In this document: one piece after another, positions 1-12,390 of the stretch | How positions within the stretch are numbered: the stretch's first letter is position 1 | How the letters are laid out: each line of letters opens with the position of its first letter | Assembly: GCA_013265495.1 (NCBI GenBank) | Contig: MU058781.1 | Span: forward strand, 5,147,050 to 5,209,049 | Reading direction: 5' to 3' | From: Vicugna vicugna | Taxonomy: Eukaryota | DNA length: 62,000 bases | The notes under the pieces: generated by a model | Told to the model about the DNA's origin: nothing | The model's database searches: none | What the model saw: the letters and a program-made list of their open reading frames with translations, nothing else | Made by a program: the position numbers and the translations under genes

Positions 1-44
1 AATTATACAGAGAATATAGCCAATATTTTGTAGTAACTATATAC

Positions 45-1125
45 TTATTTTCATAACAGCTTTATTGAATTTTAATTGACATACCATAAAATTCTTGCTT
101 CTAAAGTGCATAATTCAGTAGTTTTTAGTATATTCACAGAGTTGGGCAACTATCACCACTATCTAGTTTCAAAACATTTTTATCACCCTGAAAAGATACC
201 CCTCTCCCATTTGCAGTCTTTACGTATCCCCTCTTCTCCCGACCTTGGCAACCATTATCTTTGTCTCTATGGATTTGCCTATTCTGGACAATTCACATAA
301 ATGGAATCATACAATATGTGCCCCTTTTATTGGTTCCTTTCATTTAGCATGATGTTTGAAAGTTTCATCTGTAGTGTAGCACAGGTCAGTACTTCATTCC
401 TTTTTGTGGCTGAATAATATTTCATTGAATGGAGATACCAAATTCTGGTTATCCATTCAGCAGTTGATGAATATCTGTGCTGTTTCTACTTTCAGACTCT
501 TATGAATACTACTTTATGAATGATACTGCTATGTACATTTGTGTACAATTTTTTACATGGACATAGGTTTTCAATTCTCTTAGTGTGAAATTGCTGGGTC
601 ACATGGTAATTCTACATTAAACTTTAAGAAACTACCAAACTGTTTTCCACAGCAGCTGTGCCACTTTATATTCCTACTAGTAAAACATTAGGGTTCTAAT
701 TTCTCCATATCATTGCCACCACTTGTCAATATTTGTCTTTCTGATTACAGCCATCCTAGTGGGTATGAAGCAGCATCTCACTGTGGCTTTGATCTGCATC
801 TCCCTTACGACTGATGATGTTGAGAATCTTATGTGCTTACTGGCCATTTGTCTATCTTTTTATGGAAATGTCTATTCAAATTCTTCATCTATTTCTTCAT
901 TGGATTGTTTATCTTATTGTTCAGTTATAAAAGTTCTTTATATGTTTTAGATACATAACTTAGATGTATAATTTGCAAATATTTTTACCCATTCTGCAGA
1001 CCGTTGTTTCACTTTCTTAATGGTGTTCTTTGAAGTGCAAAAGTTTTAAATTTTGATAAAGTTCAATTTATCTTTTTATTTCTTTGTTACTTATGTTTTT
1101 GATGTCATAGCTAAGAAAATCATGT
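45..1125 (-). mobile_element. Old LINE-1 (L1MB/L1MA-type) 3' region, in DTNBP1 intron 3
   Basis: Typical antisense L1 3' motifs (ctttattga, atggaatcatacaatatg, gtacttcattcctttt, gctgggtcacatggtaattct). Confidence 0.8.
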
Positions 1126-1484
1126 ATTTTAACAGCAGAAATGAATTGGAGAAGAAATGGTATAACATTAAGTAATCAAAGTAAGAAAATTATTAAGGAC
1201 TCAAATTCAGAATCAATTTTATTGCAACAAAGAAATCATAAACAATACATGCACATGATAAAGTACCCAATAGTAAACACAACAGTGATCAATATGCTCA
1301 AAGACTGAATGGCCTTTGGATTAATCAGTGAAATGTAAAAGCCCCTGAGGGAAACAAGTAAATAATTTCCAGTCTCTACGTTAAGATAATATTTAGTTGT
1401 TTTGAGGTTTCTATCTATAAAACTACAAAATATGTTTAGACAACAGTCAGAAGCATAACCTTTCACTTAAATAAAAACACTTAC

Positions 1485-1535
1485 CTGCTAAGTAATTCTA
1501 GTCCAGCAGAGTACTTTGGCAAATATGGAATAGTT
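1485..1535 (-). CDS. DTNBP1: Dysbindin-1 coding exon 3 (TIPYLPKYSAGLELLSR), 51 nt; gene continues beyond window start
   Basis: Acceptor tttcttttcgcAG| and donor CAG|GTAAGT; in frame; matches dysbindin xPxLPKYSAGLELLSR. Confidence 0.97.
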
Positions 1536-2254
1536 CTGCGAAAAGAAACACTTATTTTATTAAAACTGTTGCTGATTTAGGCCAACTTAAAAAGTTACAA
1601 TAATTTTGACACTATCAGTCATAATGTGGACTATTTTAAAATCACTAATGACAATTTATCTAAACTAGTGTTTGTATTGTTTTATTCAAAGTTAATCCAC
1701 TTGCTATACACTATCAACCATCACTTTGCCGTATAGATTTTTAGCACACAATAACACAATAGGCACTTTAATATAAAGCCAGATAACAAGAAATTATTTT
1801 AAAAGCTTTTCATCTTTAGGTTTAAAGTGAAATTTGATCATGTGCTTTACTTTATTAAAAAATGGAAAAATTGCACAAATAGTACTAGTGTTTTCATATA
1901 AAACAGATAACACAGCGAAAGAGGCTCACTTGTCAAGTATTATTTCATTATTACTTGGCTTCTCAACAATGGAGAACTTTTATTTTGCTCTTACTATACA
2001 AACAAAAATATTAATTATGATCAAATAGCCATTAATTGTCATAGAGTAAAACAGTTACACTTCACCATTTTCAACTATTTTACAATTTTATCAGAAAAAT
2101 TTCCAGTGTTACCAAATTTAGAAAGAATCAATAAATCATTTAGTCAGATGCATTCAACAGATGTAAGAACCATTAAAGTAATTATACCTCTGTGATTACA
2201 ACCAAAAGTTGTATGAAATTTAAGTCATAGTAAATTAAATCAGCACTAGCTTAC

Positions 2255-2308
2255 CTGGGTTTGTTTTTTACTTTAGCTTCTCTTGACTTGTCACTTAAAG
2301 TCTTCAGC
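2255..2308 (-). CDS. DTNBP1: Dysbindin-1 coding exon 2 (LKTLSDKSREAKVKNKPR), 54 nt
   Basis: Acceptor ttacAG|G and donor CAG|GTAAGC; in frame with exon 1; matches the dysbindin sequence LKTLSDKSREAKVKxKPR. Confidence 0.97.
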
Positions 2309-4339
2309 CTGTAATTCAACAAGTATAAAATATCATTTTTACAGCCTAAGAGATTTTTTTTCAACTGCATATTTCACAGCTGTTAAACTTTGAGGTTGGA
2401 TAAGCTAATTTTTTTTTTTAGCAAGAACTAAGCACCTCTACAGACAACAAACACTTGTTTACTGTAAGTCAGATATCACATATGGAAAATTTGTAGCAAA
2501 TATTTTTATGTATTTTTCTTGCCCCAAATCCCTTTTCTAGAAACTTCCTAAATGTGACTGGACCTGAAAAACCTCATTATTCTGGCATCATCCTTAGGGG
2601 AAAAAAGTGGTCCCCTTTGGTGAACTTGATCCGTAACAAAGATATCTAAGCAGCACATTTTATTAAGTGGATACTATGCCAGGCACTTGAATCCCTTAAG
2701 TACCAACATTTGGTGAAATGTTAGCTGTTGATGAAAGGCTTTCTAAAATATGTTACAAACCTTTTTTATTAAGGAGGACCTGGTACAGTCTATTGGACGT
2801 TTTCTGATAACTCCAGCTCATTATTATGAATATCACTGACTACATTTTGTGCCAAAACAGTACTCTCCTCAGGTGTTTCTCAGCTAGGAATGCCTCTGCA
2901 TTTACCAACTGGAAACCAATCGTAAAAGGTGCTTTTTTGAGTTTCTGAGTTTGTTCAGGATCCTGTGTCTATTTTTTCCAAATTAAAATTTTCCATCTCC
3001 ACCACGGGTCGTCTCGTACAGGCTACCTCTTGCTGCTTCTGCTAACTATTTAACTATGACAGCCTGCGGCCCTCCTATCTCCTTTTTTAAATTATTGGGC
3101 TGGAAAACAGATAAATGGGCTAAAATGTATATATAAAATAAAATATGCTCTTCTATATATAAAATATGAAGTTCATAAAACTTCATACAATTTTTGTTTT
3201 TTGTATCACTTCACCAACCCATTTTTACCTTCGACTGCGGACTCTGTACCATTCAACAGGTTGCCAAAAAGTTGAGTGCTAAATTATGAGATTATCTCAT
3301 AAAAATGAGATACCTGGACACATTCTTCTTAATTTGGTTACTTCCACAAATATCACTTCTAAACAGAGTCTGATACACAGGCCACAGTACCACAGTTAGA
3401 GCTCTACAAAGCCTTTGTAAAAACTAGAAATAAGTGCTCCTTCCCCAAGACACTACACTGCAATCAGCCAGAAACTGTCCTAGCGAACAAGCTGACTCTT
3501 AACGCCCAGCCCTCTGTTGTGTACAGCTTTATGTGCAAGCCCTGAAAGAATTCCAAACTTTTTGCCAGTAATGCCTGGCTAAGCACCAGAAAGGGACTTC
3601 TCTCTGATGCCATTTTTTAGTAAGTTGCAAGGTCAATTTCACACCAAGACTTTTTATATTACTTTCTGTTCTCTTTCAAAAACTATTGATGAGATCAATT
3701 TCTCTACAGTGTTAAAAAGACTTAGCAATCTCTTTAATACAAAACTAATTTGTATATCTCTCTCTCCAGATGAGCTGAATTTTAAAAGTCTAACCTGTCC
3801 TAGGGAAACTATAAATTTTCAACCTTTGCTTAGAAACCAGTAAATCCATTTTAAACAGCTGGGAAAGGTACTATGATAGCCACACTCAACCATCTCTATT
3901 CCAATATCAGAAAGGCACTTAGTTGTGACATTCCAGGTAGAAGTATACCAGGATAGTCATACACAGCAGTGCATCATACTCAAAATGATTCTAGTATTAT
4001 TTTTAGTGATTTGGGACAATTCCATATGGTTAGGTGTTACAAGGATATTGAAAGGGAACCGCTCAGGTCCTCTTTGGGCCATTTATTATGACCAAGCAAA
4101 TCTCTAAGCTGATATTTCAAATGTTTATTTCTGAAATAAATGTTTAGTTTCTCAACTGTAATTTATCAAATGTGGGATTCTCCTTCACACTTCCCCAAAA
4201 GAAAAAAAGAAAAAAAATAGTTTAAAATAAAAGAGAAAGAAAAATAGTTAAACGGAGCTGAAAATAAAATTATTGGAAGGTCAGTAAGAGCTTCCCCAAG
4301 TGGCTCCTTAACAACCATCTGCTTTAAAAATTAGTCTTT

Positions 4340-4705
4340 AACCAAATGTAATGTGTGGAACATATCTGATCTGGATTTGAATAAACCAACTGTGAAAAGA
4401 CATTTCTAGGAACCAGGAAATTTGATTATGGACTAGATAATTGATAATATCAAAGAATTAGTGTTAATTTTGCTAGGTATGATATTGGCATTGCATTTAT
4501 GTAATTTTTTTTAAGAAATGAAAACTGATGCATGAGAGATGTAATAGATAAGTCTGATAACGTTATAAATAAGGGAGAGTCAAAGCAGTAACTGACAGCT
4601 GTTAGCAATAGTTGACAACTACTGGATCTGAATAATGAACACATGGTGTTCACTGTGTTGTTCTATTTTTGTATATGTTTAAAACTTGGTAAAAAATTTT
4701 TAACA
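4340..4705 (+). mobile_element. Old LINE-1 (L1MC-type) 3' end fragment
   Basis: aaatgtaatgtgtgg...actgtgaaaagacattt...gttaattttgctaggtatgat resembles L1MC 3' UTR. Confidence 0.55.
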
Positions 4706-6169
4706 ACAAAAACAGTCTTTTAGATATTCATCTTATCTCATCACATCTTCTCCATATAAACCATCAATATGCCAAAATTCAGAATAGAAACTGCTGGAGA
4801 AAACAAAGTAGCTAGAAGGAGGTTGGAAACAGTGAAGTTCAGGGGAGAAAAAGATAATAAGAATAGTAGTCATTGTAACACTTTAACTTGAAAAAAAATA
4901 AGGTCAGATACATTTAACAAGTAACAAACAACAACAACAACAAAAAAGCAAGAAGATCCATTCTGAAATACATCCTCAAAATCCAGAATTCAACTGAAAG
5001 TAGCTTACCATTTTTATTTTAGGATAACAAGTTTCTCACAGTGATTCTGTGCTGGAAACAACCCAGTAATAAAGTCTATTTAATGTCCCACAATGTCATG
5101 ACACACTGAGAAGGAAATACTCATCCGGTGTAGTAACCCAGTTTCCTAAACCATAAGACAGTAGTATTATATTGACTATAATGATTTGCCACAAAAATTA
5201 AATGAAATCCCAATTTTGATGTTAGCAGCATTCTGTAAACTATAGAGCTAATTCAAATGAAAGGTATAATTCAAACTGTCACCATCAAGAAAAGAAACTA
5301 TGTACATCACAGAGCCACGGTAAAACAAAGTAGAGGTCCCCCAATGCACCGTTCCTATAAAAGGCTTCTGCATCATTCCTAAATCTTCATGAAACCATAA
5401 ACCCCCAGGAAGACGTGAGTGCTAATGAGTATAATAATACACAGCCTTTTAAGTGAGCCACCTGACAATTATTTTCTATGCAAAGCAATTTATGTACACT
5501 TTTGAGTTCAAAAGCACTTACCTTCAAATTCATCATAACACTACAATATTTTATTTTTAGACTGTTCCAAAGACTTACGTTAATTTGACTCCAGCACATG
5601 TATTTTTTTCAAGCTTTGTAGAAAATATTAAGATGGAGGCATCTCACTAAGAAATGGAGGTAATTAGCAAAACTGCTCAAACAAAAAGTCTGAAAAGTAG
5701 AAAACCAGAATGAGAGGTGGAGTGCTACAATGACTGAGGAACAGGAAATGTGCCTTCTCTGCCTTTCTCACCCGCATGGTGACCTTGACAGCACTCCATT
5801 TATCTGCGCCTCCCTCTCCTACTCATTGAACCCCATCAGCTATTTTGAAAGATGAGCATGGCTGCTTTAAAACACCACACAAGGTATTTATTAGCATATA
5901 TTGTCCTGTAAGTTTCCATGTTCATGCCTTCATTATTCTAACTTTAAATTCTGTTTATGAAAACAAATCCAATCTATTATATTTTCCCATTAATGTTTAT
6001 CACTTTTTCTTTCTTTTTTCAAAACCACGAGCAGGGAAACACAGAAGTGTCAGTCACACCTAAAAGTGCACATGACCTCCTAAGCTCTGAAGCCTGAACG
6101 ATTCACACAAAAGCTGCACAGACTCAGGAAGGAGAGGGGAATGTAGACCATCTCTACCCTAATTACCCC

Positions 6170-6850
6170 CAGACACACCCCTTCAGTCCTGACCTTTCTC
6201 CTGTGTATTTCATAAATTTCCAACTGTTTCTTGGAGTTAAATTACCTCACAACAAATTCATTGTCAACTGCTCTTTCTCTTTCAAAACTACTCCGAACCT
6301 CTCTTCCGTTGGTAAATGACATCAAGATACTCCAAAATTAACATCCTCAATTTCTCCACCTTTTTCACTTCCTACATCTCACTTTTTATGATATCCACCA
6401 GCGCCTGTCGCTATACCCTCCTTCAAATTTCCACCAGCACTGCCTTATCATCATCTCTCACCTTGCCTGTAATTATAGCCTCCTGAATAACCTGCCTGCT
6501 CCCCATCCCGAGCCCTCCCATTACACAGCCTCTCAAATTATCCTTCCAGAAATACAGGCAGGCTTATGCTGCTCTCCTCCGCAAAAACGGCCAGAAGATT
6601 CAGTCAACCTAAAAATTAGCCAGGACCACCTTATTTGAAATAGCAACCACCCCATCCCCCAAACCCCTTCACCCGCTTTACTTTTAGTGATAGTACTACC
6701 ACCTTCTAGATATTCTACCTCCGGCCAGGAGACTGAGCACAGGGATGTCATTTGCTGTCTGGTGCATGCATTCTCTGCTATATCTCTAGCTCTTAGAGTA
6801 GTGCCTGTCAGTAGAGTAAGCACTCAATAAATATTTGATAAATGAATTAA
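6170..6850 (+). mobile_element. LINE-2 3' fragment
   Basis: Pyrimidine-rich body ending in the L2 3' signature gtgcctg...cactcaataaatatttgataaatgaat. Confidence 0.6.
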
Positions 6851-9599
6851 TTTAACAAAGCACTGAAGATCCTCTATTGTCAGTCACTAAACTTTCTTTC
6901 CAGGTTCCTCTCCCACAAGAGCTTCATCTCTGAAAGGCCCTCACCCAAATCTATCCCCATCTTTCAAGGCCAAATCTACAAGCCACCTCCTCTGTGAAGC
7001 CATCTGAACTAATGACTCTTTCCTCTGCACTTACAAACCACATCACTTCCATCTGTCATTTAGTTCCTTCTGCTCTGCTTTATGTCACCACCAGTCTACT
7101 CTGTAGCCCCAGGATCCAGCCTGATACACAGACACTGGCAAAGATCAGGCAAACCTGAGCATGTGGCCTCTTAAATTTTCCTTTGTAATGAAATAAAAAA
7201 AAAGCATATATGTAAAAGAACACTGAGTTCCTAGCCTAGTGTCTGACACTTGGTGAGAACTCAGTAAAATGTTTTTTTAAATCAAGGTGAATATTGAGAT
7301 TCTTCTCCCTGCTTATTAAAAAGTAATCATGAAAGAGCCAACATTTTAGGGAAAACCTCACCATTTTACTGCACTCTGAATTAGACTGTTAGATCCTCTC
7401 CTTTGAGCAGGTTTTGATACTGCAGGGAAGAGAGAAGAGAAAATAAGCATGCTGAGCAGGGGTGGAGGTCAGGGCAGAGGTGGCTTTGAGGAGGAGACAC
7501 CCATGGTCTGGTTGCAACAAGTAATAACTACCAGCTTCTATTTGTACCCACAAGAACCCAGAGCATTACAAACAGGAAATGCCAGCCAGTGACAGGCAAC
7601 TGTAAACCCCTTGATAAATCTGATGTTTAGCTTCCTGAAGGGTTTTGCATGCCTGAATACTTCAATCCGGAGGCCATGGGTCATAACTGCTCAAATGGTA
7701 AAAATCAAAGACCAGAGTGGATTTGAAGTGCTTCAGTATGACCAAAAGTTTCCCTCAGCACTCAAGTCAATCCCTAAAAAGTGGATGTTCTGTGTGAAGT
7801 CTCCAAAAGGCTCCAAGAGTTCTGAATGAGTTAAACCAGATTAGGACTCACGTAGGTGTAGGCAAGGGGAACAGAGTGAAGCCCAGAATCAGTCCCCTTA
7901 GTCCCGTGGCCTTTGGACCAGCTGGCCGACCTCTTAGGTCAGAAAGAAAGCAGCACAATCGAGGTTTATCTCGATTCTGACGTAACTGTTATTATGAATA
8001 AAAATTTACAAAAAAGATCGTGAGTCCATGGACAATCTAAAGTCCCCTGCAGGCCACCAGCAGCCTCTCCACTGCCCTTAACTGATCTCAAGTTGCACTT
8101 TTTCTGAGTTTGAATGGAAGACTGAAATTCACTGTGTTCTTCAAACATGCTTTAATCACTAATGTGACATTCTCTTGTGAGCCTGATAAAGAATAATCCA
8201 GTTTTACTTTTTTAAAAAAGTAAGCTGCCTACATTTCAGCTCCAGTTATATGAATTTTCAGAAACTGAAAATGAGCAGAAAAGCCCTGAGGAGAGGCTGC
8301 TGCTCTGGGAACTGTGAAGGAGCTCAGGAAAGCCCCAGGCCTCTCTCCTACTGAGTTCCTGGGGCAACCCAAACAGCTGAAGTTTCCCATTATCTTAGAA
8401 GCCAGCTGTTTCGGCTTCTGTGGGCACCAACAGCAAGTGTTCTATAAGAATGCAGGTCTAGTCTGACAGTTTTGATAGGTAAGGGCCATGCTGCTTTCAT
8501 CTCTGAATCCAATGCAATAGACAAGTGAAGCTGTGTTTAATTTTTATCTTTTCTCAGCCTGGCAAAATACGCAAAAATAGGTTGATCTCAGGCTGACTAT
8601 GGGTTTACTAAATTGAATTACGTGGATTTCTTCTCATGAAGAACCACACAGGAGTTTGTGGACCTGACAAAAGTGAACATCAGAGTTTACAGCTGCCAGT
8701 CAACGGGCAGACAGACATCACTTGGAGATGAGCTATTTCTCTGCCAGGTGACGGGCTAGTAGCACACAGATAGCCCAGTGGTTTGTCAGCTGAAAGTGAC
8801 CTGTACAAGGAAACCAACAAAGGGCCTACAGAGAATGACAGCCTTCAGGATGTCCAGTCCCAAACTGGCCCCAGTTTATAGCATCTGCAAGAGGTAAAAT
8901 CAGTTTTCAAGTCAGTTCCTAACCAGATCGTCTCAATCCTCTTCCTAACTCTAAACTCAGGTTTTCCAGATCTCTCAGGATGGTTTGGATCCAGAATCCA
9001 CACTCCTAGGTAAGCTGAACCTTCTTAAGCAAAGCTCAAGAGAATAAATGGGTTCTGAGATAACCACATGATCTACAGAATTATAGTAACTACCCGACTG
9101 TTGAACCATCAAGGAATTCCTTGAAGCAATGACAACAGGGCTGTACCAGACGCGTTTCTCTACGAACATTCTCGTGCTGTCATTCCAGTATCATACCAAC
9201 ATTTTTCAATATAATAATTAACATTCTGAAAAGAAGTTACTTTTCAAACTTAAAGGGGGGGAAACAAGCACACCATCAACGAATGACTCCCAGATCACCA
9301 ATAATTAATATTCTTAAGGACACCAAACTAAGATTATCAAACATGCTTCACACGTGCTAAGTGCTCGAGTATTTGCCAGTTTAACACTCTGCACCCAACA
9401 GCCCAACAACATAAACATTTTTGTCCCTCATATTAAGAGCATTCACCAAAGGATTCGTAATCTAAAGGTGACAGACAGCTCCCTTATAAAAGTGACCTCC
9501 ACTGTAGAGTCGTGGAAACCGAGGCAGAGTAATTTGTAGAAATACGTTTGCTTAAGTGGTAGAGGTAAGAACACAGGCAGTCCCGCGTTAGAGTCTACG

Positions 9600-9745
9600 C
9601 CTGTAGTTCCCAGATTCTGCACACTGGAATCACCTGGGGGCCTTTAAAACTCCATTCCCACTCTGATGTAACTGGTATGGTTTGCGACCTGGGCAAGATG
9701 GTTAAGCGTTCCCAGGTGATTCTAAGCAAAGTTCGGGACCGGCTT
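9600..9745. mobile_element. MER5-type hAT-Charlie MITE relic
   Basis: gaatcacctgggggcctttaaaa...cccaggtgattcta motifs typical of MER5. Confidence 0.5.
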
Positions 9746-10409
9746 GGTCTGTGTGCGCTCCACCAGTAGGTATTATTAACAATATTGCTGTAGTTCTGTT
9801 GTTTCTGTTTCCCTAGAGTTTCTCCACTGAGGCGTGAAACCCGAGGCAAAGGTAGAGAAAGCAAAAGGGGAAGAAGCGCCAAGCCTTGCCAAGGGTTCAG
9901 CAAGCGAGCCAAGCGCCGGACAGGACGCGCAGCTGGGCCCCAGCCGGTGAAGGCTGCGGGGGCCGGCGACCTTCGGCCTGGGGCGGGGCCGCAGAAGCCC
10001 CGAGGCCCGAGCGGGCAGGGGTCTCGGCAGCGTGGGAGGGGGCACAGGACCACGGTCCTCGGGTGGCGGGAGGGGCGCGGAGGCGCGCTCGCCGGTCACA
10101 CGAGCCCCCCTCGGGCCGGCTGGAGCTGCCGGGAGAGGGTCGCACAATCCCCGGCGCGCCCGCTGCCTTCCCGACCCCCTCCTGGCTCCGGGACGCGGGT
10201 CAGAGCCCGCCGGGTGAGACCGAAGTTACTTTGGGTCGCTGCACCGACCCCGGAAAGTTCGTTACTTTCCTCGGCGGGGCGGGGATGGGAGGTGCGGTGG
10301 GACGGGACTGGACTGGGGTACGCGGAGGGGAGAGAAGCGGCGTCCCGCGCGCCCCCGGCCCCTCGGTCCGGCCCCCCGGGCCCCTTTCCATCCCCCACCA
10401 TGTACCCAC

Positions 10410-10465
10410 CCGGAGGTGAAATCCTGCTGCACGCTCAGCAGCCGCTCGCGTAGGGTCTCCAGCAT
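10410..10465 (-). CDS. DTNBP1: Dysbindin-1 coding exon 1 (MLETLRERLLSVQQDFTSG), 56 nt
   Basis: ATG at 10465-10463 in GCGGCGATG context; translation matches the known dysbindin N-terminus; donor GG|GTGGGT at 10409 (phase 2). Confidence 0.97.
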
Positions 10466-10499
10466 CGCCGCTGCGTCTGCTCCCCTCAGGCCTCAGGAC

Positions 10500-10517
10500 G
10501 CCGCCGCCGCCGCCGCC
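10500..10517 (-). repeat. (GCC)6 / (GGC)6 trinucleotide repeat just upstream of the DTNBP1 ATG (probable 5'UTR)
   Basis: gccgccgccgccgccgcc seen directly, ~35 nt upstream of the ATG. Confidence 0.9.
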
Positions 10518-10974
10518 CTCACCTGTCACCGCGCGCCCCGCACTCTCACGGCCGGCCCCGCCCCCGGCCCGCTCTCTTCTCGGCGTCGCGGCCCTTCCGC
10601 GTTCCCGCCCCCCGCTGGCGCGCTCCCGCCCCGCCCGGGCTGCGCAGCCGCAGTGGGCCGCGCCGGGCTCGGGCTGCGGAAAAGGGGCGGTCCTTCTCTC
10701 CCGGCTGAGAACGCATTAGGCGCCCGTGCAGTTTTCTAGCCCAATCCAGGCCCTCTCGTTTTCCTCTTTAACACTGAAGTGGCATCGTGAAAGAATGCTT
10801 TAAACCCAGGGCTTCTGTGAGTGCATACTGGATCGCGTGCACCTCCCTTTACCAAACCATTTCATGGACTCTGGGTCCGGGATCTGACCCCGCTGGCTTT
10901 GACCTTAGATGAGAAAGTTAACCATTCTGAGCTTCGATCTCTTCATTGATAAAATGGCAATAATAAACTGTTTC

Positions 10975-12190
10975 GACATCCTTACTTTCCGTTCTCTCCT
11001 CAGTCTACCTCATCAAGATTTCGTGCCCTTCACACCAAAGGAGGTCGCTGTTGTTGAGTCAGCAGTGACCTCCATGTTGGTGATACCGTTTGTTACTAAT
11101 CTGCCCCGATTTTTTTTCCCGAACTCTCGGTGGCTCCTGTGCAGTTCCTTATCCTATTCTTAAGACACATTCTTCTCTTACATTCAAGGACACCATACTT
11201 CCACTCTCCCTTCTTCTCCACTCCTCTTCCTCCTATTTCAGCAGCTGCTCCCAAGGCTCCATATTCAGCCTGCCAGCTCTTCGTGCCTGCCAGCTCCCGG
11301 GGTTATTCTATCCACTACGATGATGCCCAAATCTCCATCTTTAGCCCTGTCCTCCCTCTCCCTCCTTAAACTCATGCAGGTTGCTTACTCCACGTGTATC
11401 CAACAGACATCTCAAACCTGACACCTCAAATTGAAAATCTGATCGCATACTTACCTCCTAACCTAACCCCAGTATTTTCCATTTCAGTTAATGGCGCCAT
11501 CATGTACCAAGTTGTGCGAGTGAAGCCACCTGAAGTTACTTGTTTCCTCCTGAAGTTACTTGTTTCCTCTCTTCCCCATCCCCCATATTAATTCATCAAG
11601 TCCAATCAACTTTGTTTCTAAAGTATTGCGGGAACCTGATCCCCTTTCTCCATCTTCACTACAATCATCCTAATCCAAGATCCTAATCTCCTGATTCTAC
11701 TCTTTTGCCATCTACACCTCTGTAATCCATCCTTGACCCAGCAGCTAAAGAGAATTATTTAAAAGAACAATCAGATCATGTTGCTCTCCTGCTTTAAATT
11801 CTTCTATGCCCTTAGGGAAAAAAATTCAAACTCCTTACCTGGCTTACAAAGTCCTAAAATTTGAACCCTTCCTGACACTATTCAAAGCGAGTACTACTCA
11901 CCTATCATGTCCTTGACATTTACACCATACTGACATTTTCCTTGAAAATCCCATGTTCATTTCCACCTTGAGGGCTTTTGATAGGCTCTTCTCCAAACTG
12001 TCCCATGGCTGACTCCTTCGTGGCATTCAGATCTTAGCTTAAATATCATCCCCTTGGGTAAATCTCCCCGATCACCTAAGTTATTGGCCCAATCACTTCT
12101 ATACACACTCTGTTTCTCATCTTAGTACACAACACTATCTGACAATTTATTTAATAATGTTTAAGAAAAAGTTGTTTATTAGTTTGTTTA
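10975..12190 (+). mobile_element. LINE-2 fragment(s) immediately upstream of the DTNBP1 CpG island
   Basis: L2 motifs such as gatgcccaaatctccatct, catctcaaac, atcagatcatgttgctctcctgctt. Confidence 0.7.
11529..11568 (+). repeat. Perfect 20-bp tandem duplication (cctgaagttacttgtttcct)x2
   Basis: Seen directly. Confidence 0.95.
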
Positions 12191-12207
12191 CACATTTATT
12201 TTAAAAC

Positions 12208-12390
12208 CAGGTCTGGGACTAGGGTGAGGTAGGTAAGGCATTCACTTCAGGTGTAAAATGTAAGGGGATTCTAAGACTTTAGTAATCAAGATGAGTAAGA
12301 TTTTGATACAATATTCAAAATTTTTTTAATTAATGAAAAAATTGGTGATAAACAAAAAATCAAAATTGTAAATAAAGATAGGATCTGATA
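12208..12390. mobile_element. Probable hAT (Tip100-type) DNA transposon relic
   Basis: caggtctgggactagggtgaggtaggtaaggcattcacttcagg...agtaatcaagat resembles a MER-type hAT end; family not certain. Confidence 0.4.

Larger units (their letters stand above)
9830..10740. promoter_or_regulatory. DTNBP1: CpG island spanning the DTNBP1 promoter, 5'UTR, exon 1 and start of intron 1
   Basis: Very high GC and CpG density; GC boxes (~10554-10565, ~10625-10636, ~10684-10690); E2F-like TTCCCGCC 10602-10609; no obvious TATA box. Confidence 0.93.

Noticed and set aside
1218..1223. AATAAA on the minus strand in DTNBP1 intron 3 as an intronic poly(A) site
   Set aside because: The hexamer is expected by chance in AT-rich intron sequence and has no independent support
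9595..10739. Many overlapping 100-177 aa ORFs on both strands
   Set aside because: They are Pro/Gly/Arg/Ala-rich by-products of the CpG island; only the first 19 codons of 10262-10465(-) are real (DTNBP1 exon 1)
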